A DNA stretch of 64,000 bases from Eledone cirrhosa (taxonomy: Eukaryota): the NCBI GenBank assembly GCA_964016885.1, contig OZ024740.1, positions 213,590,001 through 213,654,000 on the forward strand, in the 5' to 3' direction. Below the pieces are notes generated by a model. The model saw only the letters and a program-made list of their open reading frames with translations. It was not told where the DNA came from and did not search any database. The position numbers and the translations under genes were made by a program. Within the stretch, counting starts at the first letter, position 1. Each line of letters begins with the position of its first letter. This document shows, in pieces, positions 12,877 through 27,065 of the stretch.

Positions 12877-13696
12877 CTTTAAATCATAACTTTCTTCTTG
12901 TTCACATATTTGTGAAACTACAGAGTTGTCTTCATTCTTTTCAGACATTTTCTGTATAATGTTAGTTTTTAATCTGGTACTTAGGTCTTGCTTCTTCGTG
13001 AAACGGTAACATTAAAACGAAACAAACTCTTCTATTGGTATATTTCTGCCATTTTCCTTAACATTATCATCTTTGTTGAGATTGTATATTCTCTACTTCA
13101 ACTGCTTGTAAAACAATTTGTAACTAATTCTATATGTCTGTGTCGTCTGCTTTGTTGGTCATTGTATAGTGTTGTAAACGACTATTACCCACAGAACCAT
13201 TGAAGTAACAACAAACATATGGCGTCTACTTCGGTAGTGTGTCTGTTAGCCTATAAATGGCCGATGACACATCACCATTGTCCTTTCATGATAAACCAGA
13301 CAAAACAAATGGCGTTTTGTTACTGATGCTGGTAAAAAATTTGCATAAAGTACTTACTAGTTACCTTTAATGTATAGTGAAACTACTAAATATGGTAGCC
13401 ATAGTACTGGTGAATTGTATCTGCGGGTTTATATTACGATACTGGAGATCTAGTGAGGACTAACATAACTGACAAACTTTAATCTATAACCTAACCTTTT
13501 AGTAATTAATGTCTTGGGGTTTTTTTCAGGAAAAGGAGCGTCTTATTAACCTGGAAATACAGTAGTTCCTTTTTGAAAACCTGAAAATAAATTCTTCTGG
13601 AGACACATAACATATTCGAAAACAATACGTCGATATCTTAGAGAGTTAAAGCGTCGACTGTATTGTTATTCTGTTTCAATTGTTCCAAACAATGAC

Positions 13697-14513
13697 GTCT
13701 AACTTCCACTAATGTCTAACTTCCACTACACTCCACCATTGTCTAACTTCCACTACAGTCTACCGTTGTCTAACTTCCACTATTGTCTAACTGCCACTAC
13801 ACTCCACCACTGTCTAACTTCCACTACAGTCCACCATTGTCTAACTTCCACTACAGTCTACTAATGTCTAACTTCCACAACAGTCCACCAATGTCTAACT
13901 TCCACTACAGTCCAACACTGTCTAACTTCCACTACAGTCCACCATTGTCTAACTTCCACTACAGTCCACTAATGTCTAACTTCCACTACAGTCCACTAAT
14001 GTCTAACTTATACAACAGTCCACTAATGTCTAACTTCCACTACAGTCCACCATTGTCTAACTTCCACTACAGTCCACCATTGTCTAACTTCCACTACAGT
14101 CTACCATTGTCTAACTTCTACTACAGTCCACCATTGTCTAACTTCCACTACAGTCCACTAATGTCTAACTTCCACTACAGTCCACTAATGTTTAACTTCC
14201 ACAACAGTCCACTAATGTCTAACTTCCACTACAGTCCACTAATGTCTAACTTACACAACAGTCCACTAATGTCTAACTTCCAGAACAGTCCACTAATGTT
14301 TAACTTCCACTACAGTCTACCATTGTCTAACTTCCACTACAGTCCACTAATGTTTAACTTCCCCAACAGTCCACTAGTGTCTAACTTCCATTACAGTCCA
14401 CTAATGTTTAACTTCCACTACAGTCCACTAATGTTTAACTTCCCCAACAGTCCACTAATGTCTAACTTCCATTACAGTCCACCATTGTCTAACTTCCACT
14501 ACAGTCCACCATT
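13697..14513. repeat. 27-bp minisatellite, about 30 copies
   Basis: Unit tgtctaacttccactacagtccac(c/t)a(t/a). Confidence 0.97.
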
Positions 14514-16122
14514 TTGGTAAGTATAAATACTATTTAACATTTAATTAATTATTTTCTGTGCTTGAAACGTTGGAGTCTTTCATCACGACACATTTAAATA
14601 CTTTTAATTCTAATTTAATTTTTTTTTTACATTTCTACTGTTAACTGATTGGTTTATTTGTTGTGATTTGTTCAAATGGCGTCAGATGATAGTACCGTAA
14701 TTCCTGTTGGAATCGTAGAGGATCCGTTTACGGCGTTTCTTGGGCATTTTAAGCCTGGTGGAGCCCATTTCCTTCCCAGGTCTGAATGCAGCAGATTTCT
14801 TCCAGAAAAGGATAGAGAACGAAAGAGAGATAAAGAGGAAGAATAGACCACAGTACTTGGCTGGTACTTTTTTTATCGACCTCGAAAGGATTAAAGGCAA
14901 AGTGCTGTTATGTTAACATCTTGCAATAGACTGTTGTTCGTATTCAGAGAGACAGATGTCTTTAAAACACGTAATGCTATGAAAGTAAACTCCAATATAT
15001 GTCACCTACTACGCAGGACGATTCTCGGAAGCAGATTACGTAAACAAGAAGTTGTTCTGAAAGAGTCTGTTCAAAGTAGATTCAATCAAAACGGCTCATG
15101 TGATTATAGTCGTATATAATTGTAACAGGGTAACAAAAATAGGAGTTTCATTTTTTGACCTTTGAATCAGAGTAACACTCCCTATGAAGAAAAGCAAAAT
15201 AAAAAGGAAAAAAGAAAAAGAAATGAGGGTGTTGCTACATCAACATATTAGTGAGTTTTTATACGATGTAGTCATATAGTCATCTGCAAAACATTTGAAC
15301 TACTAAAAACAGCCGAAAAACATAGTTTTATTTCAAAATAAGCTAAATAGAGATTTAACAATCAAAATATAGAACTGGACAAGCAATAACTATAACTAAT
15401 AGGAAAAAGAGTGACAGATTGGCAATTATTTTTTGACAAGTTCAGTTATACTAACAAAACTACTTTAATATGTTAGCAAATTGGAAGGGATGTGTGTGAC
15501 ACAAACGTTAGTTTAAATATCTTCTGGTATTTTATGTTTTGTATGTTATTGGTTCAAATCCCACTGGTGATAAATCTGCACCGTTTCTTCTTCTATTTCC
15601 AGTTGAAAGACTTGTATTATTTTTTTTTTTTTATATTGTCATTCGTTCACATACTTACTTGGTTGTCTTAATCAAAAGACACACACTCGTTCTCTCCTGT
15701 CTCTATATTGTTGTGTTATCTCATATGCATCTTTTCGGTGGTTTGTTCTAAGCTATCGTGCAACCTTGGCTCAATATTATGCAACATCGCCCTTATGCAC
15801 GAAGTTGCTTTGCCAAGAGTGTGACTTATGAGGAAGTTGATGCTTTTGTTCATTTCATTCGTCCCACGTGTATCATTTTCTTCATGTGTAACTTTTCTTT
15901 TTGCTATATATATATATATATAAAGGAAAAGAGTCAGGACCCCGACGGGTGAGCTCCGGCCGATTCGACAGCTAGATCTGAACTGTTCAGACCTAGCTGT
16001 CGAAATGGCCGGAGCTTAGCCGTCAGGGTCCTGATTCTTTTCCTATTACCCACTCTACTACTGTAAGTATCGAGTACTCTGGTGCGTTATGGTCCACCTG
16101 GTTTCTTACCACGCTTCTTTCG

Positions 16123-16214
<92 letters not shown>

Positions 16215-16217
<3 letters not shown>

Positions 16218-16760
16218 ACGGAATACTCCTATGTTTTACTGGCGAAGATTAGAAACCGAATCTGAGGTTTCTCACCTCTAGAACCACCTATTGTTGGGAA
16301 TTTCCCACGATTGTCCTGTCAAGAAACAGGATGATAAACGTACATACCACTTGGCTTGTGACTCCAGCTTGTAGACAGAAGAAACACATATGGCTGCCCA
16401 TAAATCAACCCCATATACATCCTTCTAGCCATAGGGTTATTATAAATACAAGGACTTGGGAACTCACCAGCCAGACCGATGCAGCAGTCCGTGAGAGATT
16501 ACGATGTAGCCAATTCACTTTCACTCTATCTTTCTCTCCTGACCTTACTGGCTCTCACCTTCTCGGCCACAGACAGAGAGACCCCGAAGCAGCAAGCAGT
16601 CAGTGAGAGATAACGATGTAAGCACCAGCAGACCTTTTACCCTTTCTCTCTCCTGACAGGATAGACAAAAATAAACACATACTCAGTAGGTTTACTTATG
16701 TTTTTCCACTAATCTTTCGTCTTCCTGTTATTTCACGATTATTATATCGTTGTATTGATA
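16215..16760 (+). mobile_element. Possible solo LTR inserted at a (TA)n tract
   Basis: Starts TGTAAC; tataaata at 16441; aataaa near 16670; 3' boundary not resolved. Confidence 0.3.
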
Positions 16761-16949
16761 CATGCATACACGCTAGCTCGAAGTAGCTAGTCAACAAATA
16801 ATGTAGTGATAATTGCTGCCACAATTTTATTATTCGATGCTCAATGTACCAACAAGCGAATATTGTTATTGTAAAATAAACATTGTCAACATCACAATTC
16901 TGGCATTATTCTTTTTATCAAACATCCATCAAAGAATACATTTATCACT

Positions 16950-17172
16950 ACATATATATAAGATGGCTGACTGGATACGCACCTGTGTTTTTCTCCCCTT
17001 TTTTTCCTTAATTTTCTCTTCCTCTCCTCACTCTTTACTTTCTATTTATCTTCTATTTCTAACTCTATCTTCTGATAAAAGACTAATGTCCGAAATGTTA
17101 TTTCAAGTGTTAAACTAATATATTTCTTCCATGTACTGTGTCGTTTGTTTTGTTATTTCTGTTTACCTTTTA
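16950..17172 (+). mobile_element. Penelope-type 3' tail with decayed HHR (CUGAUAA at about 17072)
   Basis: Homologous to 62460-62605. Confidence 0.55.
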
Positions 17173-17256
17173 CACACACACACACACACACGCACGCACA
17201 CACACACGCACGCACACACACGCGCGCGCACACACACGCGCGCACACACACGCGCG

Positions 17257-17391
<135 letters not shown>

Positions 17392-17477
17392 GTAACTTTT
17401 TTGTGGTAGTCTTTTTCCTATATATGTATATATGAAGTTGTCACTTAGATTTCTTTCGTTTGGTCTTGGCTAATACC

Positions 17478-17620
17478 AGTGGTAAGCACGGAGAAAGATT
17501 TCATCAAGTGATCACAATTGCTAAAACAAGGTACCAAGGATGAGCCGACGATCGCTGGCAGACTTTTGCTGGCTCCACTCTTCTTGAACTCCATGCTACT
17601 GATCTTGACAGTGAAATCAA
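17478..17620 (+). pseudogene. Chapaev3-type transposase C-terminal remnant
   Basis: KHGERFHQVITIAKTRYQG...LADFCW, homologous to the motif in 23012-23566. Confidence 0.6.
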
Positions 17621-18834
17621 TGCTGTGACTTTGTTGTGATAAGTTTTTTTCTAAGTGTATAATGTTATTTTAACAGTGATTAATTGTAATTTAGCACACT
17701 AATAAATTATATGTATTGTTCACAAGATTAGACACTTTTCCAGTAAATGTTGTATATGTGGGATATCTTGTAGATCAAAATGTAGAGGCGATGGAACAAA
17801 ACAGATTTCATAGTCATAAAGAACACCTTAAAATTAATCAATATTACCTAAAGTAGTGTCATGCAGTGTTACTAGTTCATGAAGGAGATAAAATGTGATG
17901 TTTTGACAACGAAAAACAAAGATATTCTATTTAAACTTATTTAAACAATACAAACATAAGACATTTACAGAATTTGTTTGTGTAATTGCTGAATAATAGT
18001 AAATATGAATTACTTGACAACAATACATATATTTCAAAATATTGTTATTGCTAAATTTAGACTTCTCGCAAATGATAACGATTAGGAAGGAATGCGTTAT
18101 GTTGATTTCGAAGAAAACAAGATGAATAAAGATGAGGAATCTGGGCTTTATTCCAAAAGACAATCCCTTACGTAGGCCCAGACAAAGAAGGGCGTCGTAG
18201 TTGCATTCTATAATTTGTAGGTGGTCTTCTCAAGAAAGTTTTAATTACCTTGCTTAGAGGAATGAATTCGAAGAATGTATGGCCAACGATGAGAAGTACT
18301 GTAGATGGTTACACTTAAAATTGAAATATTGTGTTGAATTATTGTTTGACTGAAACCTACGAGTTTGGAATTAAAATTATTTTAGGCGAGATTTTAAACA
18401 TTCTAAAATATTTTATAAGTCTATTATTTATTTTAAAATATTATTTTTCTGACGCGGAGAAAAACAATCAGCAACAATATTTCGTTCTAAAATCATGAGA
18501 CATTGAACACATTGTATTTTCCTGTTTCATTTTGTCATTTCAGATGTCTTTTCTTCTCTCATTGTTTTCAATGTTTTGTTTCCTTTAATTTAAAAAAAAA
18601 ATTTAATGAAATTTATTTTGACCGAATTTCGATATCTGCCAGCAAGAAGGAAACGCCGAACGACTCAAATCAAAAACCAATCTCATCAGATGCTTTTCTC
18701 TTCAGCTTTACAAATATAAAAATATAAATCGTACACGTGTGAGTGATTTGGATTTGTTCTTTTATAGAAACAAATGTAAAAATATCAAAAGAAGAATTTG
18801 CTAATCTTTATTCAATTGTCCCTATATTATTTAC

Positions 18835-19830
18835 AAATCCCGCCGAGGTTGACTTTGCCTTTCATCCTTACGGGGTCGATAGAATAAAGTACCAGTAATG
18901 CACTGGGTAATTGCTGGCCTTGTGCCAAAAGTAGAAGCAATTATTTACTTCGGAATATCATTCCAGGGAGATCAAAAGTTAAAGACTACCCCTAAAGTGC
19001 AAGACACAATGTTATCCATTGATGGATAATTAAGATGTCGCTGGCCATTGTCCGCGGAAATACTTTTACAAACTTGTCCGCGGGGTTCAGCCCCAGCACC
19101 GCCGCGCCCTAGGCCCAGAGCCCATCACCCTCTCCTCTTCCCCCGCCTTTTCTTCTGTGGTCCTAGAGTCCTTGCTTTTCCCCTCCTTTTCCTCTCATTT
19201 ATGGTTTTTATAGTCCTTTCCTCTACTTTCCTACACAGCCAGATCTGCCCTTCTTTGGTGGTGGTGGTCGGTGCTGGTCGGTGCTGGTCGGTGGAAGTGG
19301 TAGTGGTGGTAGTGGTGGTGTTGGTGGTGATGATGATGTTGATGTCAGCCACATTTAGCTCATCTGGATCAATGAACACTTCAGTGAGAACTCGATAATG
19401 TATTTCGACAATCCAGCGAAAAAAAAGAATGACGTCATCTACCACGTGGGACTGTGAGGCTCTTTGCTTGAAAACAAACCGAATAATAATAATTGTTTCT
19501 ACTTTTGGCACAAGGCCAGCAATTATCCCAGTGTATTACTGGTACTTTATTTTTATCGACCCCCGTAAGGATGAAAGGCAAAGTTAACCTCGGCGGGATT
19601 TGAACTCAGACCATAAAGGGCCGTAACTCTTTGCTGCAAAGCATGGCGTCCGACCCTCTACTGATATTGCCAATCTACTACGATATTATTATAATTTTAT
19701 TCTGAGTTCAAATCCCGTCGAGGTTAACTTTGCCTTTCATCCTTACGGGGTCGATAAAATAAAGTACCAGTAATGCACTGGGTAATTGCTGGCCTTGTGC
19801 CTAAAGTAGAAACAATTATTGTTATTATTA
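18835..19830. mobile_element. Three dominant-family SINE pieces in mixed orientation (18835-18945 +, 19490-19680 -, 19700-19825 +)
   Basis: Core motif present on both strands. Confidence 0.8.
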
Positions 19831-19861
19831 TTCTCTCGCGTTAAGAGTGAAAACAAATCTT

Positions 19862-20557
<696 letters not shown>

Positions 20558-20769
20558 GAAATCGTTTGTCGAAACAAATATTGTTATACTTGTAATAAGA
20601 TTGCTAGAAATAATAACAGAACACATTCACTGTTTGGTTGGTTTTCGCTTCTGTGTCTTTTATATCTCCACACACAGTTAATTCATTTTATTCTCAATGT
20701 TTATCATTGACTGACCAACGGTAAAAAATACAGATATAATATAGATATAAACACATATATATAGTCTAA

Positions 20770-20808
20770 CAAAGTTCTTTCGTTGCACATCTGCAACATC
20801 ATCAGTGG
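20770..20808 (-). ncRNA. HHR-like motif, weak stem I (homologue at 57296-57336)
   Basis: CUGAUGA-U-GUUGCA gaug UGCAAC-GAAA-GAAC-UU; lies in a (TA)n-associated dispersed repeat (20560-20860, 56795-57490). Confidence 0.5.
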
Positions 20809-21102
20809 TACTATTATGTTCCTCCTATTGTATTGTATATCTACGCCGTTTTTATTTTATCTGTTTATTTATTTATTTTTGTCTTCTTCTCTGCGCATGT
20901 TTTTCTTGCTGTATATCACATAAACGTAAATTCATCTGAAGAAATCGTACCCGTATCAGCAACAGATGCAACTACTGCACCTTGAATGCACATGGGAAGC
21001 CATAGAAATAATTATAATGAATAAACGCTTTATGTAATCACAGCATCTTTCTTAATGTTATTCTTATACTGAATCTGTTAATCTGTTAATCTTATACTGA
21101 AA

Positions 21103-21298
21103 GGGCGGTGGATTGGCAGTATCGGTAGAGGGTCGGACACCATGCTTTCCAGCAGAGTTACGTCCCTTTATGGTCTGAGTTCAAATCCCGCCAAGGTTAA
21201 CTTTGCCTTTCATCCTTACGGGGTCGATAAAATAAAGTACCAGTGGTGCATTGGTGTCGATTTCATCGACTTCCCCTCCCCCAAAATTGCTGGCCTTC
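21103..21298 (+). mobile_element. Dominant tRNA-derived SINE, near full length
   Basis: A-box tggcagtatcggt, B-box gagttcaaatccc, central gcctttcatccttacggggtcgataaaataaagtaccag (Nin/Deu-domain-like). Confidence 0.85.
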
Positions 21299-21365
21299 TT
21301 ATACTGAATCTCCATAGTAACTACGCACTACGAATGTTGAGAGCTGGACATAGCTGGATATATAA

Positions 21366-21433
<68 letters not shown>

Positions 21434-22045
21434 GTCTGTGTGTTTGTGTGTGTTTGTGTGTGTGTGAGAGAGAGAGAGAGTATAACACCTCTTCATTGAA
21501 GAAAATAAATTATTTAATGCTATCCAGAGCATGAAAACAAAAGTGTCAAATTTGCCTGGCGGAGTGTATCCACAGGAAGAATAATAATAAAATGGAATGG
21601 TTTAACAATGATTTGAACGTTCGTCGTGGAATCTAGAGATTCTCACTTGATCGTCTAGCAGAGATATTTCAAAGCAGGGATAGGCAGCAGATGTAAAAAC
21701 AACAAAACACTCCATGTGTATTTTGGATTTATCGTTTAAAGCTGACAGTCGAGTTATTTCTTACAGGTTGCTCACATCTTATAATTAGTGGCAGAAATAT
21801 GTAAATAAATTATATTTCTGTGTATAACAACAACAACAACAGCAGTACAAACAACAGCAGCAACAGCAACTGTACCAATAACAACAACAGCAGTAGTAGT
21901 ACCAATAACAACAACAACAGCAGTACCAGCAACAACAACAACAACAGTATCAACAACAACAACAGCAGTACCAATAACACACAAATTAAATAAGAAATAC
22001 TTCTTTTTTTTTAAACAAACCGCACTATTATTATGCGGTGGTAAA

Positions 22046-22670
22046 GGGCGGTGGATTGGTAGTATCGGTAGAGAGTCGGACGCCATGCTTTGCAGCATAG
22101 AGTTACGGCCCTTTATGAGTTCAAATCCCGCCGAGGTTAACTTTGCCTTTCATCCTTACGGGGTCGATAAAATAAAGTACCAGTAATGTACTGGGGTCGA
22201 TTTAATCGACTTTCCCCTTCCCAAATTGCTGGCCTTGTGCCTATACAAGAAACCATTATTATTATGCAGTGGATTGGCAGAATCAGTAGAGCGTCGGACA
22301 ACATGCTTCACGGTATAGAGTTACGACCCTTTATATTCTGAGTTCAAATCATGCCGAGGCTAGCTTTGCCTTTCATCCTTACGGGGTCGATAAAGTACCA
22401 GTAATACACTGGGGTTGATTTAATCGACTTTCCCCTCTCCACAAATTGTTGTCCTTGTGCCTATAGTAGAAACAATTATGTGAATTGGCAGTATCGGTAG
22501 AGGGTCGGACATGCTTTCCAGCATAGAGTTACGTCCCTTTACGATCTGAGTTCAAATCCCGCCGAGGTTAACTTTGCCTTTCATCCTTACGGGGTCGATA
22601 AAATAAAGTACCAGTAATGTACTGAGATGATTGCTGGCCTTGTGCCAAAAGTAGAAACAATTATTATTAT
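22046..22670 (+). mobile_element. Three tandem copies of the dominant SINE
   Basis: Head-to-tail A-box/B-box/core/tail units; similar trimer at 37385-37975. Confidence 0.85.
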
Positions 22671-22736
22671 TTCTTTAGTAAAATAACAACCATGAAGAAG
22701 AGAACTAGTGATATCTACTGGCAAACTCTCTAATTA

Positions 22737-24435
22737 CACCGTGTAACATATATTTTGTTCCCCGGTTCTAAGTATTATTTCCTGGTTTATTATATCCCAT
22801 TATTATAAAAAAAACACTATTATTTAATCAGAAGTTTGGGTTTGTGGTTAGAAGTTTGATATTTCGAAATTTTCATATTTTTCAAGAAAAAACATTTAAA
22901 AAAAATTTATCATATAATTAAATCAACAGAGTATATATTTATTTTATTACACAAGCTTATCAAAAGCTAACAAGTAAAAACAAATAACACTTATAAAGCA
23001 ACTTATACACGTCAGAAATGACTGGATTTCCTGGATTTGCGGTTGTAGTCCAGGTCGCATTCCCGCACTAGCCCCCAGATATAATCCCCCATAATTTTTT
23101 CATTGTAGTGGCCCTGGTACCCCCGCTCTATCTCTTTCACATCTTGGTGGAATCGTTCGCCTTGTTCTTCTGAGTAGGCGCCCATATTGGCCTTGAATTT
23201 TTCCAGGTGAGCGTCCAGCATATGGAGTTTAAGCGACATCCTGCATCCCATGGCGCCAAAAGCCTTTATCAGATCCTGCATCAGTTGCTGGTAGTTTTCA
23301 GCTCTGTAGTTGCCCGGGAAGCCCTTAACAACTGCCTTGAAACAGTTCCATGTTGTTCTCTCAATCCTATTGAGCTTATTGGAGAACTCGGTAGACTCAA
23401 ACACCTTCTTTATCTGAGGTTCAACAAAAATTCCACCTTTGATTTTGGCCTCAGATAACTTGGGGAAGAACTCAAGAAGGTACTTAAAAGCGGCTGATTC
23501 TTGGTTGAGAGCCTTCACAAACTGCTTCATCAACCCCAACTTAATGTGCAGTGGCGGCATGAGCACAATCCTGGGATCAACCAGTGGCTCCTACATGACG
23601 TTCCGGGTCCCAACTACAAATTCTGTTCGCTGCTCCCAGTTCTTTCTTTTGTAGTGGTCAGAGGTGGCTCTGCTGTCCCAAAGGCAGAGGAAGCATTGGA
23701 ATTTGATAAAGCCTCCTTGGAGTCCAAGCAGGAAAGCCACCATCTTAAAGTCTCCATTGATTTCCCAATTGTACTGGTTGTATTGCAGAGCTTCCAAGAG
23801 GACTTTCACACTGTAGAAATCTTCCTTCAGGCAGACTGAATGAGCTAGGGGCAGTGTCGGGAACTTGTTTCCATTGTGGAGGAGGACAGCCTTCAAACTT
23901 GTGGTGGGGCACAAACGGCACCCCAATAACGTCAAACAGTCCAGGCACGTCATGGCAGAAGCAGAGGCCATCCCTAAGAGTGTAAAAGCCTGAGAAAGGT
24001 TCGTGTCGACTTCTCTGACTGATCATCTGCACTTCCTCCTTGACCAAGTTCCACTGCTTCATCCTGGAGACGAATGCTTAAAACACAACTTACCCTTTAT
24101 TCAGGGTGCGAAAATCCAGTATCAATAAATCTCTTTAATCCACTTTTTAACAATTTTATCCTTTATTGCACTTTTATAATTTTCTTTAGGTATTACTCTT
24201 TATTTTATAATTTTAATTTAACCTGAAACATATATTAAAAAATCATTTAACATAAGCAAATTAAACTTACATACAACGTAAAATCCAGCATACAAATAAT
24301 TCTAGTGAATAGCTTTTTACAAAGCCAAACTTTTAACTATTTAATAGCACTTTTTTATTTATTTGGGACCTAAGCAACACAAAAAAGTGATTACAAGCCA
24401 GAAAAAGAGAAAAAAAAAATGTTTGTTACACGGTG
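22737..24435 (-). mobile_element. Chapaev3 (CMC)-type DNA transposon, internally deleted
   Basis: Perfect 12-bp TIRs CACCGTGTAACA; TTA TSD at 22734-22736 and 24436-24438; transposase motifs inside. Confidence 0.85.
23012..24062 (-). pseudogene. Chapaev3-type transposase with stop and frameshift
   Basis: SLKAVLLHNGN, GDFKMVAFLLGLQGG..CFLCLWDSR, PPLHIKLGLMKQFVKAL, SEEQGERFHQD split over three ORFs. Confidence 0.85.
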
Positions 24436-24438
24436 TTA

Positions 24439-24660
24439 TCGGTTGCTTTCCGACAGGTTTGCGGTCAAGCCCGTAGCAGTGGAGACTTCTGGTGTCCTTG
24501 GCCCTAGGACCACCTCCCTACTCACTACCATTGGCACAGAGTTGGCTACCCACAGGTGTGAGCCTTGCGAGCTGGAATGGCTCTTTCAATGTGTCTCCCT
24601 CACCGTCCTCTGGGGAAACCCCTTCTCTATTCTGTCCACTGGGGCTGCAGGACTTGCTTA
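24439..24660 (+). mobile_element. CRE-like non-LTR element C-terminal (RLE) remnant
   Basis: PVAVETSGVLGP...IGTEL...WLFQCVSLTVLWGN resembles P.AVET.G..G...WL.QR.S.A..RGN. Confidence 0.6.
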
Positions 24661-24744
24661 TAATAGTGAGAGATGGGGGAGAGCGAGAGAGACAGAGACA
24701 GTGAGTGGAAGAGAGAGATAGATAGATAGATAGATAGAGAGAGA

Positions 24745-24820
<76 letters not shown>

Positions 24821-24870
24821 GTGAGTGAAAGAGAGAGATGGGAAGAGACTGAGGCAGTGAAAGAGAGAGA

Positions 24871-24908
<38 letters not shown>

Positions 24909-25013
24909 ATTAAACACAGACATATCTTTGGTCATATTCATCAGTTAGAGAGCAAAAATAAGATTTCTCCTTAAACTGAGGACTTCTTTTATCTGGGTTT
25001 ATGAGTGGACATG

Positions 25014-25091
<78 letters not shown>

Positions 25092-25311
25092 AGTGTGTCT
25101 GTTGGTGGGGGGTATTTGGTGGAAATATACTGTGAATTGGTATAGCATGAAACAAGTGGTGGTGAAGAGTAGTTTCGTTTATGTCGTTAACCTTATTGTG
25201 TATAATATATAAGTATTTTCCAGGGAGCGAGTGGCTGTGGGGCTGCGGAGTTGTGGGCCTGCAGAGATGCGGGGCTGCGGGGCTTCGGGAGATAAAAATA
25301 ATAGTGAGGTA

Positions 25312-25622
25312 TAGCACATGGCTTAGTGGTTAGAGCGTCGGGCTTACAATCACGAGGTTGTAAGTTTGATTCTCGGACCGGGTGATGCGTTGTGTCCTTG
25401 AGCAAGACACTTTATTTCGTGTTTATTTCTATAGTTGAGTGAACTGTAGTTCACTCAACTATAGAAATGAGTTACGACGTCACTGGTGCCAAGCTGTATC
25501 AGTCATTGCCTTTCCCTTGGACAACATTAGTGGCGTGGAGAGGAGAGACTGGTATGTATGGTCGACAACTGGTCTTTCACAAACAACCTTGCCCTGACTT
25601 GATGATGATGATGATGATGATG
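25312..25622 (+). mobile_element. tRNA-derived SINE (third family) with (GAT)n tail
   Basis: A-box tggcttagtggttag, B-box-like agtttgattc, gtgtccttgagcaagacactt; tail fragment reversed at 27063-27108. Confidence 0.75.
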
Positions 25623-25687
25623 ATATATATATATATATTATGTATATATTATGTATATATATATATATTATATATATATATTATATA

Positions 25688-25920
25688 TATATATATGTAT
25701 ACATGTATGTAAAAGGTAAACAGAAATAACAACACAATCGGTACAGTATACGGAAGGGATATATTAGGTTAACGCTTGAAATAGCAGGAAGAGGGTCTTA
25801 ACGTTTCGGACGCTAGTCCTTCATCAGAAGAAAGAATGAAAAATAAGATAGATTGAGGGGACGGGCGGGATGGAATTGGGAAAAATGTCTTTAGATAAAA
25901 ATAACTGGTCCATTCATGTT
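25688..25920 (-). mobile_element. Penelope-type 3' tail (same family as 62390-62605)
   Basis: Close reverse complement of the sequence downstream of the GIY-YIG remnant. Confidence 0.75.
25796..25831 (-). ncRNA. Minimal type I hammerhead ribozyme
   Basis: UCUU-CUGAUGA-A-GGAC uagc GUCC-GAAA-CG-UU-AAGA; loopless ACGU stem III. Confidence 0.75.
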
Positions 25921-26541
25921 ATGTATGCATGTGTATATTTCGGTATTTTAACATTTGTAATCCAATATGTGTGGGGGGGGGGGGGGACTTGTAACTCTTG
26001 TTGGAATCGTAGGAACACCGTAATGACATACGGCGTTTCTTGGGCATTTTAAACCTAGTGGACGCCATCACCTGTTTAGATCTGAACACAAGAGTTCTTC
26101 CAGAGAAAGAAAGAGAAAGTGATAGAGAGGAACAACCGAACTTACTACCGGATTGATAATTGTCTTTTTATCGATCTCTAAAGGATGAAAGGCAAAGTTG
26201 ACCTCGGTGGGATTTGAACTCAGAACACAGAGAGCCACCTACCTAATATAACCATGATTTCTAATTTAGGTACAAGGCCAGTAATTTAGAGGAAGTCGAT
26301 TATATCAACCCTAGTACATTACTGGTACTTTATTTTATCGATTCCGGAAGGATGAAAGGTAAAGATGACCTCTGGTGACATTTGAATATAGATCATAAAG
26401 GGTCGGAACTAACTGCTGCAAATCATTTTGTCCGACGCTCTACCGATTCTGTCCATCCACTGATCTCTAAACTAATATAATATATGCATGTAATATGTAT
26501 TTATTTGTCTGAGCGTAACCTTTCATAAGACCAGCCTCTCT

Positions 26542-26598
<57 letters not shown>

Positions 26599-26714
26599 CT
26601 CTCTCTCTCTATCGTTCTCTTTCTCTCTTCCTTTTTTATCTCCCCCTCTTTCTCACCCAAACGACTTTACTAACGTATCAACTCTCCCTGTTCCTTATAG
26701 ACGCTTTGCTGCTG

Positions 26715-26996
26715 TACTAAGATATATCTCGGTGTGGTTGGAAAGATTTGAGCGCCAAACTCGATCCATCTTGTTGCAAGCTGACCATGTTTGGGCATTT
26801 CTGGTGGTGAAATCCTTCTCAGACCCAAGATACTTGAAATCCTCGACTTGCTTGATATCACCGCCGTTGATTGCTTTGATGCTTTTGCCTGTACAGTTTG
26901 ATATGTACTCTGCTTTACCCTCGTTGAGATGAAGGCCAACGAGGGCGGCAGACTCTTCCAAGTAACAATTCAACCAATCTTGCTATATGGAAGTGA

Positions 26997-27065
<69 letters not shown>

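Noticed and set aside
13783-14520. 245-aa (SNFHYSPPL)n ORF as a structural protein
   Set aside because: A 27-bp unit stays open by arithmetic; there is no unique N- or C-terminal coding sequence, signal peptide or splice evidence.
25312-25385. tRNA gene
   Set aside because: A and B boxes are present but there is no complete cloverleaf, and the sequence continues into a SINE body and tail.
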